The notes under the pieces are model-generated. The model was not told the origin of the DNA and made no database searches. It saw nothing but the letters and a program-made list of their open reading frames with translations. Below, piece by piece: positions 1-14,200 of a DNA stretch of 64,000 nucleotides (its first letter is position 1; each line of letters starts with the position of its first letter). A program made the translations under genes and the position numbers. Location: positions 51,466,862-51,530,861 of the forward strand of contig CM074511.1 in the NCBI GenBank assembly GCA_037379345.1. The letters are read 5' to 3'. This DNA comes from Perna viridis (lineage: Eukaryota).

Positions 1-2171
1 CAAACCCATGCTTGTTTATCTATGTAACATGCAGAATGTACTTGCGTTGCAAAGTATTTGTCGTAAGTAAAGTAAAAAAGAGATATTTTATGTCGTAAAT
101 GCGACCCTGAAATGTCAGAATAAAATTTCGTCTATTTTGGATATTAGAAGTTACACCCGCAATTGAAATAAGAGGATCAATATATAGACAGACAAAATGC
201 AGACCTGCCTTGTTTCCATAATTTCGTTATCTTGTGTTCTTAATTTCGTATAGGCTGTGTGTATACACCATTTACTATCCATCTATGTACAGCAAATGAT
301 AATCTAACAGGGTAGATTCATACATTTTTGTGAGGTAAAATTTTAAGACTTGTAGGAAGTCTACATATTGACTTGTTGGTCGGTAGGAAACAATTTTAGT
401 GCAAGCCATACTCCGCTTTGTTCCACGAAGAAAATAGGTTTCAAACCATGATTTTAAGAAAACTAGCATTCGAATACGATCGTTTTGTACAAATGGATTT
501 AGAATAAACCACCTAAGACACAGCAAGTCGTTGACATTGAACATCGACTTACTGTCAATGCGCCATGCTTTAGGTATATGGAGCGTTATGTACAATGTAC
601 GTCGGTACGTCTTTTTCAACTGAAAACTGATTTCTCCCTAGCTTGGAATAATTTGAAAACAAGATAGCAACTTCTACCGTGTTCTACTCTCTTCGTCTCT
701 CATCAAATTTATGTAAGTTGAAATTCGACTATAGTCTTGATTTCATAATAATCTAACATGACAACTTAACTTAAATTTTAGAGGTTGAGGTGCTTGTGTT
801 AACTTGGGATGGATACCATCATATGTTGTATAAATGAGTGCATGCATTGCACTCTCGGGGAACAACTCCACTGTTCATGTTTTACAAAGCATCAAACAGT
901 TTTACTTATACGAAAATTTCCTAGTTCATGAAAAAGTCGTCTACGGAAAAGAAACCTACTTTTATATAAATAAACAGTGTGGACACAGACTGGATACAGA
1001 CTGATACAAATTTGAACACACATACGTTTTGTCTTGAATGGGTATGTCTAGAAAACTCCATTTATTGATATCAATAATTGAATTATGAATACGTTGGTAA
1101 ATATCCATTAACATATGTTACTACATATCTACAGACATGAATAAATGGGAAACAAATTCCGCAATGGCTTGCCATAACCACAAAACATGTCATATACATA
1201 TAACAATGATTCTTTCTTGAAGGTGTACTTACATGGATTTGTTGAACTTGATGTGTCATGTTAAGGACTGCCCATTTCACTTTATGTACTTTAGCTTGGT
1301 AAAATTCTGGACTTCCATTTTTTTTAAGATTAACAGAAACCAACAGTATAAATGAAACAATATGGTAATAACAATGGATCTAAAACTATGGTTTGTTTGT
1401 CTGTCGTTTTAAAGTTCTTCATCCTTCTGTCAGCTCTTTGAGTGTGGCAGGGAGATTTTCTCTCTATATATTTTCGAAGAAACACTGAAATAAGTCCAAA
1501 TACCTATTTAATGTAAGTAAATACTCAAGCTCAATTTTAAAACAAGAAATGGCACCTTTAACTACATATCTGAAATCGATGTCTTTCATAATGCAGCCCG
1601 GTCAAAACTAGTTTTATGCCGGTGGTTATGCTGAAGGCATGATCCTTATTTTCCTCTAATAAAATTGGTATCTTCTGGCTAGAATCTTTTATCATGATCA
1701 AAAAATAACCACATTTAAAAAGAACATATACTTTGGAGAAATGTTGTTGAAGTGTGAATTATGTCCCCTTCATATGATAGTTGAGTAATTCCAAAGTTTT
1801 GTTGAAAGATAAAATATAACTATGTTTTTCATGAGGTTGATAATTTCTACTTTCATACTGTGGTATGAGACTAATTGACAGTCTAATTGTTATTAACAAG
1901 TGCCAGTAAATTGATAGACTTGTTTAATATTCCATACAAATAAGTTCAATCAGGTTCTAGCTGATTTTGAAAAAAAATGGTTTTGTTTGAGAACACTTTG
2001 CAAAACATTCATTTGAGTACTAATCACACAAGTCAGCACATTTACAAACACCACTTGAAATACTGGTATTTTCGTTATTAGTATTTTATCAGCAGGTGGT
2101 TGTCACATGTTTCAAGTCTGTCGTCTTTCTATGACTACACACGAAAGAACACTTTACATTATTCAATTAAC

Positions 2172-2177
2172 TTTATT
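2172..2177 (-). terminator. Candidate ptc polyadenylation signal
   Basis: AATAAA on the minus strand followed by a GT-rich tract; other candidates exist. Confidence 0.3.
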
Positions 2178-4125
2178 TTTATCAATTTCATGTGATAACG
2201 ATTCAATCTTCATAGGAAGACCTGAACACAATAACTACCACATATATATCATAATATATATAATATTTATATAAGCCATAAGGCCTATCACAGGCAATTC
2301 ACCCCTCTGGGGCCTCAGCACCACACCCTATGAGGTAAAACGAATATGATTTGGTAAGGATTTGAGTGTAGTGTCTTCATTGACATGAAAGAAAGAGGTG
2401 CCAGAGGGGTTTACATACACAATAATAAATCATAACTGGCAGTGTAACCTCTTTGCACTAGATACAAGTCATGTTTTTTTTTTCACAGGTAAATGAGGTC
2501 ACCTGGTGTAATTCAATAAAATATAAATTTTTACAGCAATGTCCAAATTAGGTACGTGCAGAATATCATGATCTCCCTCTTATTTAACCATACTGATTTA
2601 ATGTTTTTTAACTTCACCATTGCAACATAATGAACTGCTCACACAATTTGCATAAATTATTAAGATCCTAGTCTAGATTTTTTAAACTTTTAACAATAAA
2701 GCAGTAAAATTAACTCATAAATATCAATTTTGGTAGAAACTGTTATCTTGTGACAATTGCTTTCAGAAAAAAAAAAATCAAACACACAAATCACTAAACC
2801 ATACAAAACATTTAACAGTACAAAATAACAATACATTTAGTACATAATAAATACATTAAAGCTCTAACACCATTGTCAAATAGTAGCGTTTTTATGCACC
2901 AATCAACAGGGCATACAAGGTTTCCAAATGACCAACCTCGTATTTTAGCACTGCAAGTTGTATATTAATAAAAAAATATTTGCATAGTTATCGTACATGT
3001 TGGTTCATATAAAAACCATAGAGTATCTTGTAACAAATATGGTAGTTTGTATAGTTTGTCGATCTAAAACTGGTATAAATAATATGATGAATGAAATTCA
3101 GCATCTTTACTTCATTTCAAGTAACAACCACAAACTAAACAGGAGATGAAGTTTTGAACGAAAAATAGAGAAGACTTAAATCAGAAAATATTGAAATTTT
3201 ATCATTTAAAAAGATCCCAGATTGCATGGATTAATTGGGTATTATAATTTCCAATCATTTAACCACAGAAATTCTTGAATTAAAGTGAAATAAAAAAAGT
3301 ACTATTTTATTCAAAGATTAATAAGGATTTCACTACAACCCTGATAAGAGTTAGGCAGGGGACTAAACTATAACCTTGCCTGAGAAACAGATTATCTTTG
3401 GCATTCTCAACAACAGGTTCCAATCCCAACTTATTTAGACATGAACAATTTATACAGTAATGGTAAAACATGACTAAAACATTTTGAATTCCTTGCATGA
3501 CCATACAAATTTGTTTTTACTGAAAAAATGTAAAATTAAATATCAAATATTTTTCTGCTATTATTTCCTTCCTCCAAGCAGATTATACAATATGATTTAA
3601 ATCAAATAATAAAGAATAAAAATATTTCAGAGAACAAAACAGAAATGAATTTCTTGTCTTTAATATCACTGTTTTTTGTTTGTTTCTGATGTTGATTAAG
3701 AACTTGATTGAACAGTTCAATAGTGTTGATAATTTCCCTTACTGTAATTTGCTCACATCTAAAAAAAATTGAGAAGAAAATTTACCACCATCTACATACA
3801 AAAATGTTTAATGATAAGTACATAACAATGAAGGTATACATTTTATACAGCAGTCATCAAAAACTATGACAGGCAGTGTTCATCAATTTGAAACATCAGA
3901 AACTGTAGAAAAGAAAAGTGTCTTTGTTTTTTACTATATGGCACTTTAATATTCAATGAGGCTAAGAATACCCTAGATAATTTAACCCTGAGCTTTCCTA
4001 GAGTAAATGCAAGCTTGAGGTATGAACATAATGCTGAATGATCTAATACTAATATTACATTGTAATTTCCTCAAAATGATGCTAAGAACAATGTACAACA
4101 ACGACAACACACAAGTGAGATTTGA

Positions 4126-4545
4126 TCTCTGATAATGTAAATGATGGTAATTATTTAACATGATCTTTGACAATGTAAATGATGGTAAATATTTATCATG
4201 ACCTTTGACAATGTAAATGATGGTAAAATGATGGTAAATATTTAACATGATCTGACAATGTAAATGATGGTAAAATGATGGTAAATGTTTAACATAATCT
4301 CTGACAATGTAAATGATGGTAAATATTTAACATGATCTTTGACAATGTAAATGATGGTAAATATTTATCATGACCTTTGACAATGTAAATGATGGTAAAA
4401 TGATGGTAAATATTTAACATGATCTGACAATGTAAATGATGGTAAAATGATGGTAAATGTTTAACATAATCTCTGACAATGTAAATGATGGTAAATATTT
4501 AACATGATCTTTGACAATGTAAATGATGGTAAACATTTAACAATC
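4126..4545. repeat. Minisatellite, ~38-49 bp unit (TGACAATGTAAATGATGGTAAATATTTAACATGATCTT), with a 172-bp higher-order duplication
   Basis: About 10 units directly visible; the variant pattern recurs at period 172. Confidence 0.93.
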
Positions 4546-5143
4546 AACAAAATTTTAACAATTTTTTTACATCATATCAACATATTTACAATCCATAATA
4601 ATTAATCTAATTACAATATCTTACAAAACAAGAAATCTGTACATCAGTAACATAAAACAATGCTTAACAGTTAAACAAGAGTTCTTTCCCCTTGTTCAAT
4701 ACAAATAAATACTAAATCACAACTCGGCCCTGATAAGGATGTAGAACAGATCCCGTCAAAGATACCCGTAGTTAGTTGTCCTTTCTGCTGATTGATATAC
4801 TGAGTTCCTGAGTGAAAACTGGCCTGAAGCCGCCATAAAGAAGTGTCATGGATGATTATACACACTCACACAGGCAGCCATACGCACAACCATAAAATAC
4901 TGTATAAATAATAAATAGCACCATCTTTTCCTAAGAGAACTAAAGTCTGAAACATCATAAAAAATCTCAATTATTTCATGTCTGTCAACAGATATTCACT
5001 GACAATGATTTTGATTTGTTATTTTTTTTTTAAAAGTAAAAATAAGTTATTCTGAATTAAGTGAAAAATAAATATGAAATTATGTGTTAGAACACAGAAA
5101 TTATACTCATAATTGGAGACTTTTTAATTCAGTGTCTTACCTG

Positions 5144-5232
5144 CTAGGAAACAGAATCTGAGTCTGAACTGTCCAATTCTTTCCGTCTTTTACTTTTGTA
5201 GGCATGATCATGATCTACATTATGTACTGAAC
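5144..5232 (-). CDS. ptc: patched exon 27 (last coding exon, ...DSSDSDSVS*)
   Basis: Phase 1 acceptor; TAG at 5146-5144, followed by CAG|GTAAGA donor. Confidence 0.85.
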
Positions 5233-8200
5233 CTAAAACAAAGAAAGTTTTTACTCAAACACTTTTTTTTCTGAAAATCTTTAAATCCATTAATTTTCTT
5301 TTAAATATACAAGTACTTTTAGCATAACATGATTATCACAACCTATATTTTTAGTGTTTCAATCCAGAAGTATCTCCCCTTACCTGGAATAGGAGTGTGA
5401 ACTTCAACTTTGACTGTGGCATGAGCTGTTACCCTGGTAACATGTCTTGAAGGAGGAGTAGATGTAACTGATGCTGGTGGTGTACTCTACAAATAAATAT
5501 AAGTAAATTCATCAAGTTCAGTTTTAAGCTAACAATTATACATGTACCTCATAACCTTATTTAAAAAGCATACTCAAGTAAACATTGAAGATAATATCAA
5601 ACGTCAATATATTTCTTCTGAACTACACGAATTTTATCATCTATGATTTTATTTTGAATTCTATATCATCCAATTAACAATGACAGAATAGGGTGAGGAA
5701 TTGGAACCCTTTATATAAAGTTCTGGATTCACTGCTTCTGTATTAAGGTACTTACATGTCTACTATTATTAGCACTTGTCTGAGCTCCACTCATGGGAAC
5801 TGTGGTTGTCTCTACAACTACTTCTGGTTCTACAACTATCTCATGTGAAGAATACTGTGTTGGTTCTTCAGATATTGTTGTCAAGGAAATATCTGAGGGT
5901 ATCCTGGGATACGTTCGTCTGCCAGATCTTCTGGGTCCAACAGACTTCTTTTTGGGTTTTGGGGAAGGTTCAGGTGATGGTGTGGGAAGTCTATCACCAT
6001 CGTCCTTAGGTCGAATCTAGACAAGATAAAGGAATTGAAATGAAACACATTTTAATTGTACATTTTTTGCTCCATTCATAAAAAGGAACATGTGTTCTGT
6101 GTCAAAGGCTTTGTGTGAATTTGTGCTATCACCAAGACTTGATTACATCATACAGAGCAGTGAGGTCTTACATGAATCAGCTAAATTGCCATTCATGATA
6201 CATAACAACAGATTATATTTATGCACTAATTTAGTCCTTTAAAATGACAACTGTTGTTTCTTCTTTATTAATTTTTATATTAGGTCAAGTGTGAATGATA
6301 AAATGATGGTTTACCTCCCCTTTAGGTCCAAGTATTGACAAAAGTACAGGAAGTAAGACCAGTCCATTTAACAGCCCTATCACAACCAGAGCAGCCAGGA
6401 CATTAAAGAAATACCTGTAAGAAAATAAGAAAAAGCATTAAACATAAATCAGAACAGACAGCAAGACACAAAGTAATGGAATCGATGCATGAGGTTAAAT
6501 AACCTTTGTTCTTTGTATTGATGAAAGGTAAGGTCAAAGAATGTTAACATGACCTCATACCCTAATTTAGACCTTCAATGGTTTAATTCATACCCGCTGA
6601 ATACTCTGCAGCACTTCAGCCTGTTTATTTATGGTTTATCAACATTCTTCTTCTCAATTTTGCAATTAAATTGTTCATTGAAAAAATAAAGATGTTAGAA
6701 GAATTTCAAACATGTAAGCAACTGTAAATGCTTTTTACTGACAGAAATTTTAAACAACCCAACTTATTTAATTAAAATTTTCATCAAAAGATGTTCTTCT
6801 TCATTCTGACATTTGCACCCTTCTAACTATGATGAAAATTGTTTCTTTCTTCCTTTACTGAGGTCAACAGCATAAGTAACATGGTTATGTACCTGGGGTT
6901 AATGTAGCGAAAACACATCAAATCTACATACAAATGTTTATTCTGGAGGCTACTCAATGAAAGAAAAAATTATTACCCTAATCTCAATCTAGTGTGTCTA
7001 TATAAATTATTTTTCCCTCTGCAGGCCTCTTCCCATCAGAATTTAGAGGCAACATTTTTAAGACATTAAAAAGTGTGTTAAGAGCCGAGTTCTGACATTG
7101 ATATAGACCATGAAGCTATCTACTATAAACAGACCACACAGTTGTCTACACAGTATAATATTAAATGCCATCCAAATCCTATCATATCATGGCACATTGC
7201 CAAACGCCCTCTATCTGATTGTTGATTAAAATGAATAATTCAACTACAGATTATGAAAATACTTATGATCAGAGGACCACCCTGATCAATGAGCTACTGC
7301 ATCTAACTAACTTCAAATTACACAGAATAAACATCATTTTGCTGCACATTTTCATTAATTGGTTGTCATCTAGTGAAATCAGTTCAATCAATTGGTTTTA
7401 CTATAAAATTCAAGGTGTCTAGACCAAAATCTAAATTTTTCCATTTCATATCTGCTATAAAAGCTTTAGTTTACTTTTTATTTTAAACAAGACATAATAA
7501 AACTGACAAACTTATTTAACTGATGAAGTTTATGTTTGCACTTCATGTTTAAAATATACTTTTGAAAATGAATAGTGTCATTGTCCCCAAAAATTTGCTT
7601 AAAAAACCAGATTTATTCACAAATTTAGTCAATACTTCATGTTCAACAATGTCTGTAAAATCCACTTATCCCACACTTCCTATACAACTTAATATTAAAC
7701 TTGACATGAAAAAAGGCTCTGACTAATTGGCTTTTAATATGTCCATTATAAATTATGTGTTGGACACAATTAATATTGTAATGTCTGGCAGTACCTTGAG
7801 GCATTCCATCACCTGTGGACACTATGTCAAGAACTGACCACCTAGATTTTATTGCTATTTTCATACAGGTGAATATCTCGTAGGCATAAAATATTATGAC
7901 TGTCTTCATTATAATATTTATGGAAAGACCAGGAAAGACAAGCAATACATTTTCTCATAATATATAGATATGGTTTTTCATACATCTTCTGTATAAAATA
8001 AAGACAATACTAAAAGCTTTAACCTAAATTATGCTATTGAGACAATAAAATTAAAAAGAAAATATTACCAGCTATTATTGACAATACCAGATGGTCTTGT
8101 CAAACTTGTTCATGATTATTTAGATATACTAAACGGCCATCCTAAGATGAAATATGACTGCATGTAATAACTGAAATGTTTAACCCTGTTCAAATGTCTA

Positions 8201-11200
8201 CTTTAGTAGTAGACATTTGAACAAAATTATTCCCTATGTAAAACTCAAATCAAAAAGCTATCAAAACTCAAATCAAAAGCTATTGGGACTTATTATCCCC
8301 AACATAAACAATGAACATTATCAAACAAAGAATCTACCAAAAATCCAGCAATACAGTAATTTTCAAAATAGAAATTAGGAACCAATTTTAATCCAAATTT
8401 TGATTTGATTTATGTTGTTTTAAATAGACTTCAATTAGCTTTAATTTTAAAATGTCTTTCATTCAATTTGCATAATCTCCTTTCCATTAAAATTTTATCT
8501 GATGCACCAAGCATGGCTCCTAAAACCAGAAAGCCAGATAATATGTGATTTAATTCCATTAATTAAGTATAACTCTGTAGTAATAGAGAAAACATTAATT
8601 TAATAATGGAGTAGACCTACAGGTAAAGAAGCCCTATGTTCACCAGGTAAAATAGGATAAGGCATCATCAAAACCATAATGTGTAACTTCTGCAGATGTT
8701 GAATAAACAAATTACGTTCCTGATTTGATGAAGAAACTCCCATCTGTTTAGATGTAAAGTAAATTTCTGTTAATTTCATTTCCATTTCAACCTTTCTAAA
8801 AAGACAAAGTTTGACTGTGTGTGGTCTTATAAAAGACACTTAACTCTTATGTTAATATAGTCCAGCTAAAAACATTAAAAATTTATATCCACTTGATTTG
8901 ACTCATAAAGTAAAACAGCAATGGGTTATCAGAAGAATAAGCTAAGTATTTACTGAAGATTGTAAAGTGTTCTTATAAGCTGAATTCACATAAACCCATT
9001 TCAAAGGAAAAATCACATGGCAATTTCCAGCAAAACTACTATAGATAGTGTAGAATTCACCATGTAATACCAACTATTGCTGCTCTAAATACACCATGTT
9101 AAAGAAGGACATTATTTCAAGAGCAATGAAAAAGTACTTTGAAAAAGTACTGCATAGGCACAATAGGAAGAAGCCTTTTGTCCTTTTTCGACCTATCAAA
9201 CAAAGTCACAGGTACCATACATGTCTGCTATTAGAAATACAAAGGCAAAGACTTTTTAATGAGGTCAATAAAGCATGATGAATCAGATAAGTAACCCAAA
9301 AAAAATCTATAAAAAGTTGACACTACATTGCCCATACAGAAAACTATCAATTGCCTCACCTAAACAAGTCATGGACAAATCATTTGTAAAACATGAAAGT
9401 ACATAAAAAAGATAAGACTTTTTCAAACAGTAATTATAAAAGATCACTATCCATTCACTTTATATAATCCAATTCAAAGAGTGACTAGCTGAGTCATGAC
9501 AGAATTTCAGATAAGGTATTTCATATACTGGTGAAAAAAAGTTGGATTACACCAAATTCATTGTGGCCCATTCATAATTCTTTACCAAATCGGGTGTCCA
9601 TATCAAATACTAGCGCCACCAAGCTTTCCATACTGTTGAAAATATTTGGTATTCATTCTTACAGTAACAAAAATTTTAATTTTAATAAAGTGATGAAAAA
9701 AGTATAAAATGAAAAGATGTAACACATGGATTAAGAAATATTTGACAAAATTGTGAGGTTAAGTGGTATAGAGTTTTCATAGCTCTGGAATAAAGCCTTT
9801 ATGGTTGAGAAGTTTTGTAAAGAGTTTTTGGGTGGTCTATAAGTAATTACTACAGTGAGAAAAACCAAGGACATGTTTGATGTTACATGCTCCACTGACT
9901 TCACCACAATCGTGCCTTTGTCCTATGATACTTCCTTCACAATTGATTAGAGCCATAGAGAAAAATTTAATTAATCACATAAGCCTTCAAACATCTTAAT
10001 AAAGCACTATGATTTCCTAATATGAGATATTATAATACAAGGTGCATTTATTTTTTCCATTTTTCGAATAAAGGGTTGAAACCAAATGCAAATAATACAT
10101 CTACCTGAAAAGGTGGGCCTTGATCCAGCAAATTACCTGCGATCACTCAATAATGGAAAGGTAAAACTCTGCCCATCATCAAAATTTTATTACACTTGTA
10201 TTAGGGAGAATAACTTTTTCAATTGAAATTTATTGGATACCAAAATAAAAACGACGTGCAAATATCCAGTAATATGAATATGTAGAAATTAGTAATCCTT
10301 TCATTTTAAATTTTATTAAGTGTTGTAAGACCTCACAGATTCAGAAAGAACTCGTCATCTCAAATCTTAAAGTAAAACTTCAGAAATCTGTTGGATTTGA
10401 CAAGTATTTACTTAAAGCATTACATATTCCTAGCACACTTCTGAAAAGATCACCTTTCCATACTAATCAGATTTAAGAGAAATATAAAACAAATGTTACT
10501 ATTTGAAAAAGACCACCTTTAAAATAACTAGTAAGCTGTTTGAAACACAGCTCAATCCATTATCTCATGTATAAACATTTACATTTTTAGAGCTAGATAA
10601 GATATTTAAAAGGAGGTTAGTTTTTTAATTTGGAAAAAGTGATGTTATTTGAAATTTCGGAAAGTATTTTTTAAAATTTTGTTTCAGGAATAGTCTAACA
10701 AAACTAATATATGTGGAAAAGCAAAGCTGAGGAGAGAATGGCCATACTACAATAGGATATATAAAAGTATAGATTACAAAACTTATATTTCATGGTACCT
10801 TGAAAAATACACAGGCAGATCAACTTACATCATCGTAAAAATTGATATGCAGTATTCAAGGTCAGAAATTAAAACACCAAGGTTACAGTATTTTCATGTA
10901 GGTAAACCTCATTTCATGCTACATTAGACATCTAATGTAAAACTGTGTACCACCCAGAAATACTAAGTTAAATGAGCACCATTAAATATCAGATCTTCCA
11001 GTACTCTGGTCATGTTTGCAACTGACTTGTTTCTCTGAATAAATGAAGAACAAATCTTCAATCTCCATAAAACAGTTTCAGATAATGATATGTTGTATGA
11101 AATTTGGCTTACTTGATAATGAATTCAAATTCTGCTCCAACTAGCATAATAATTCCCATAAATGTTGATATGGCCCCATGCACAACTGGAGCAAGGGTGT

Positions 11201-14200
11201 GCTCTAAAGACATGCCCATACGTTTATCTCTGGATCCTATGGAAGTTAAAAATCCCTGAAATGTAAATAACAAATACTTAGTTGTTGTGATAACAAATCT
11301 TTATTGAGTCATTTTAATGGCAATTGTGATTAAATGGCCTCTTTCATTTACTACTTATCTGTATTAAATTCCCTTTGGAAAAAATGTAGAGTATTTTTTA
11401 TATTACTTACCACAGATATATGCACAGTAAATTCCACACCAATACCAGCTGCTATAATAAGAATTACAGCAGGAACAGCACTTAGTTTAATGTCACATAA
11501 ACCCATAAATCCAAAAAGTTCTATAATCATTATGGTTAAAACCACAACCTGAAAGTAAAAATAAATATACATGTATCAATAATAACATTTTATTTTTCAT
11601 TATTTTAAGCATTTTACAACTAGTAAATGACTTGGATTTATAATATACTCAAAATGTATAAACCATCTATAAAACAAATTGAGACATGAAGAAAAGGCAA
11701 GAAAGCCATAGATATTTGAACTTAGACAGAAAATGAATTTGATGAACGTGTTCTTGAGTATGCTACTTACAATGATACTGGCTAACCATGGATTCATCAA
11801 CATAATAGTCAGGACAATGAAAGTGACCAGAAGTATACACAGGATCGATAAAGCTAGGTAGAGACGAAGCTTTATGTACTGTTCCCAGAATGTAAATGGT
11901 ACACCACTAGGGTAGTTTGGTAAACCACGGTCAGTGTAAGTATCACAGATCCCTCTCATTTCCTGTATAAGGGAAAATACAATTTACTACAAATTATCAT
12001 GTAGAATATAAGCAAATACATGATATTTATTCAACAGATAAATGTTCTGCATGAAGAGGTTATCATAATCAATGCCTGTGAGCATATCTTCGTTCAAAAA
12101 TATCTATAACACATGTAATAATGTACAAGTATTTTATCAACAACACTGTAATTTTTATCTCAGATAGAACACTTTGTAATCTATGTTTTGTTATCACAAG
12201 ACAGTTCTACTTTCCATCTACAAAAGCTTTGTAATACATGTAAAAAGTTATCATTTATTAATCTACCACCCAGAACATGAAATGTACCTTTATAGTTTCC
12301 AAGATAGCTTCTGTTGTAGACAGATTACTCAAGTAGAAAGGAATCTGTGCATAGATCAATGGCTGAGCCTTTGGTACTGCAAAAATAAGTCACAAAACAT
12401 TATATCATAAGACTGTGGTAGGATGTCAAAGAGTACATATATGTTTTCTATGTGCTTTAGGATAATGACCTGATCCTAAGAAGAGGTGAAGACGACACAA
12501 CCAAACCATATCAGTAATACATGTCAAAAGTCACAAAAAACTTTCGTCTACATATAAACTGAAGGATTCTTCAAGTACTGATTCTTAAGCACCAGTTTTA
12601 GGTTGAACATAAGTATGTGTAATATCATTCAAGTTGACAATTAACTTACTTTTATGGTCATACATATCATAAGCATCATGAATATAAGCTGTAGGAGCAG
12701 GGTGGAAGTCTGCCATTGATGCTGCATACTTCATGGCATCAATAGACACCCAAGCAGTCAAATAGTTGTAGAAAGCTTCAGTGTTAATTATACCATCATC
12801 ATTCACAAGTTTGTTATGCAAAACCTGAAACCAGACAGAAAGTTTATTATAATTCTATTTTTATTAATCCTATTAATCATGACGTTCAACACCTTGCAAG
12901 AATGAAGAAATTGTATCAATGCAGAATATCAGAATTCTAATTAAGTGACTGTCCTTTTCTGAACTTATATCACTTTCACCATCCAGGAATTTTCTTAACT
13001 CCCATAAAGTAAATCTTACTAAATACTGTGAGCTACCTCTGTTTCAAATGGAGTTCAATGTTAAATCCAAATCCTTAAGTTAAACTGATGTCCATATGAT
13101 GCCCAACCTTCTTACAAATTTAAAAAAAAAATCCCTTATGCAGATTAGGAGGAGTTGCACAAGTTTACAAGAATAAAGCATAAATGAGTGGACAGATATG
13201 CAGGCAGACAAGGTTATTTCTACATACACCCCAAACATTGTTTAAAATAACAAACCTTAGTTTTGTCAATAGGATTATCTAGATCACCAGTCTGAAGTGT
13301 GAGTTTATATCCCAGTATAGCTTTATCAGAAGCATTGTAATACCATCCATCAGTATGGATCCTATTCTCTCCTACCTCCTTCTCAAACACTTGTTGGACA
13401 TCTACAAAGAATATAAGATAGATTACCATTAACATCTGGATCGTATTGACTAAATACATTTTTGAAAATAGGTTTCACAGCAAAATGACATATATTCTGT
13501 ATATTATTGTTGGATAAATATGAGAAATTTGTGACTCAATATATGTAAATTGTATGATAATTGGCTACAAACCTTTCAGCCAGTCTCTGAACATGTCCAA
13601 CCAAAAGTCTGGCATAGAATTATCTTGTTTCTTTATGATATTATCCACAGGATGGAAAGCTCTGTGATAATCTCTTAGTAACTGTTGGTTATTTGGGTAG
13701 TCAAAACCATCCTGGAAACAAAACAGAGAAATTGCAACCCTATTATATCAAATAAAAGAAACACAAATGAAATGACACTGTATCATTTACTGCAGTTCTT
13801 GCTTAGTTAAAAAAAAGTTCAATAATAATTTTTTTTTATCAATTTGATAACTAAGAACAGTTAAGTTAAATTTTAACCTAATATTAATATTTGTTACCCA
13901 AGTAAAGTTAACCTACCTTAGTAACCATATACACATTGTAGAAACCAAAGTATTTAGATTGTGCTTGAAGGAAGTTGTATTCATTGGAGTCTTTAGGTAC
14001 AACATCAGTCAAATCTAATCCATCCTTAACTTGAGCTGTTCCATATATTCCAATGAACAACAAAACAAGAAATCCTATTACAGTAAAAACCTATAAAATA
14101 CAATTAAAAAAATTAGAATGTTTAACCAAATGTTTGAGTTTGTTGTATTATGAATAATTAATTAGCTCTTTAAATCTATCAAGCAACAGAGTCTCAACTT

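Noticed and set aside
275-619. 114-aa minus-strand ORF and CpG-richer left edge (possible promoter or first exon of a neighbouring gene)
   Set aside because: No recognisable motif and no true ATG start. A short ATG-donor candidate near 200-220 cannot be tested without sequence beyond the window.
4126-4545. Repeat array superficially like a CRISPR
   Set aside because: No unique spacers, eukaryotic context and no cas genes; it is a minisatellite.
5776-6020. Two plus-strand ORFs of 75-77 aa
   Set aside because: Antisense shadows of ptc exon 25.
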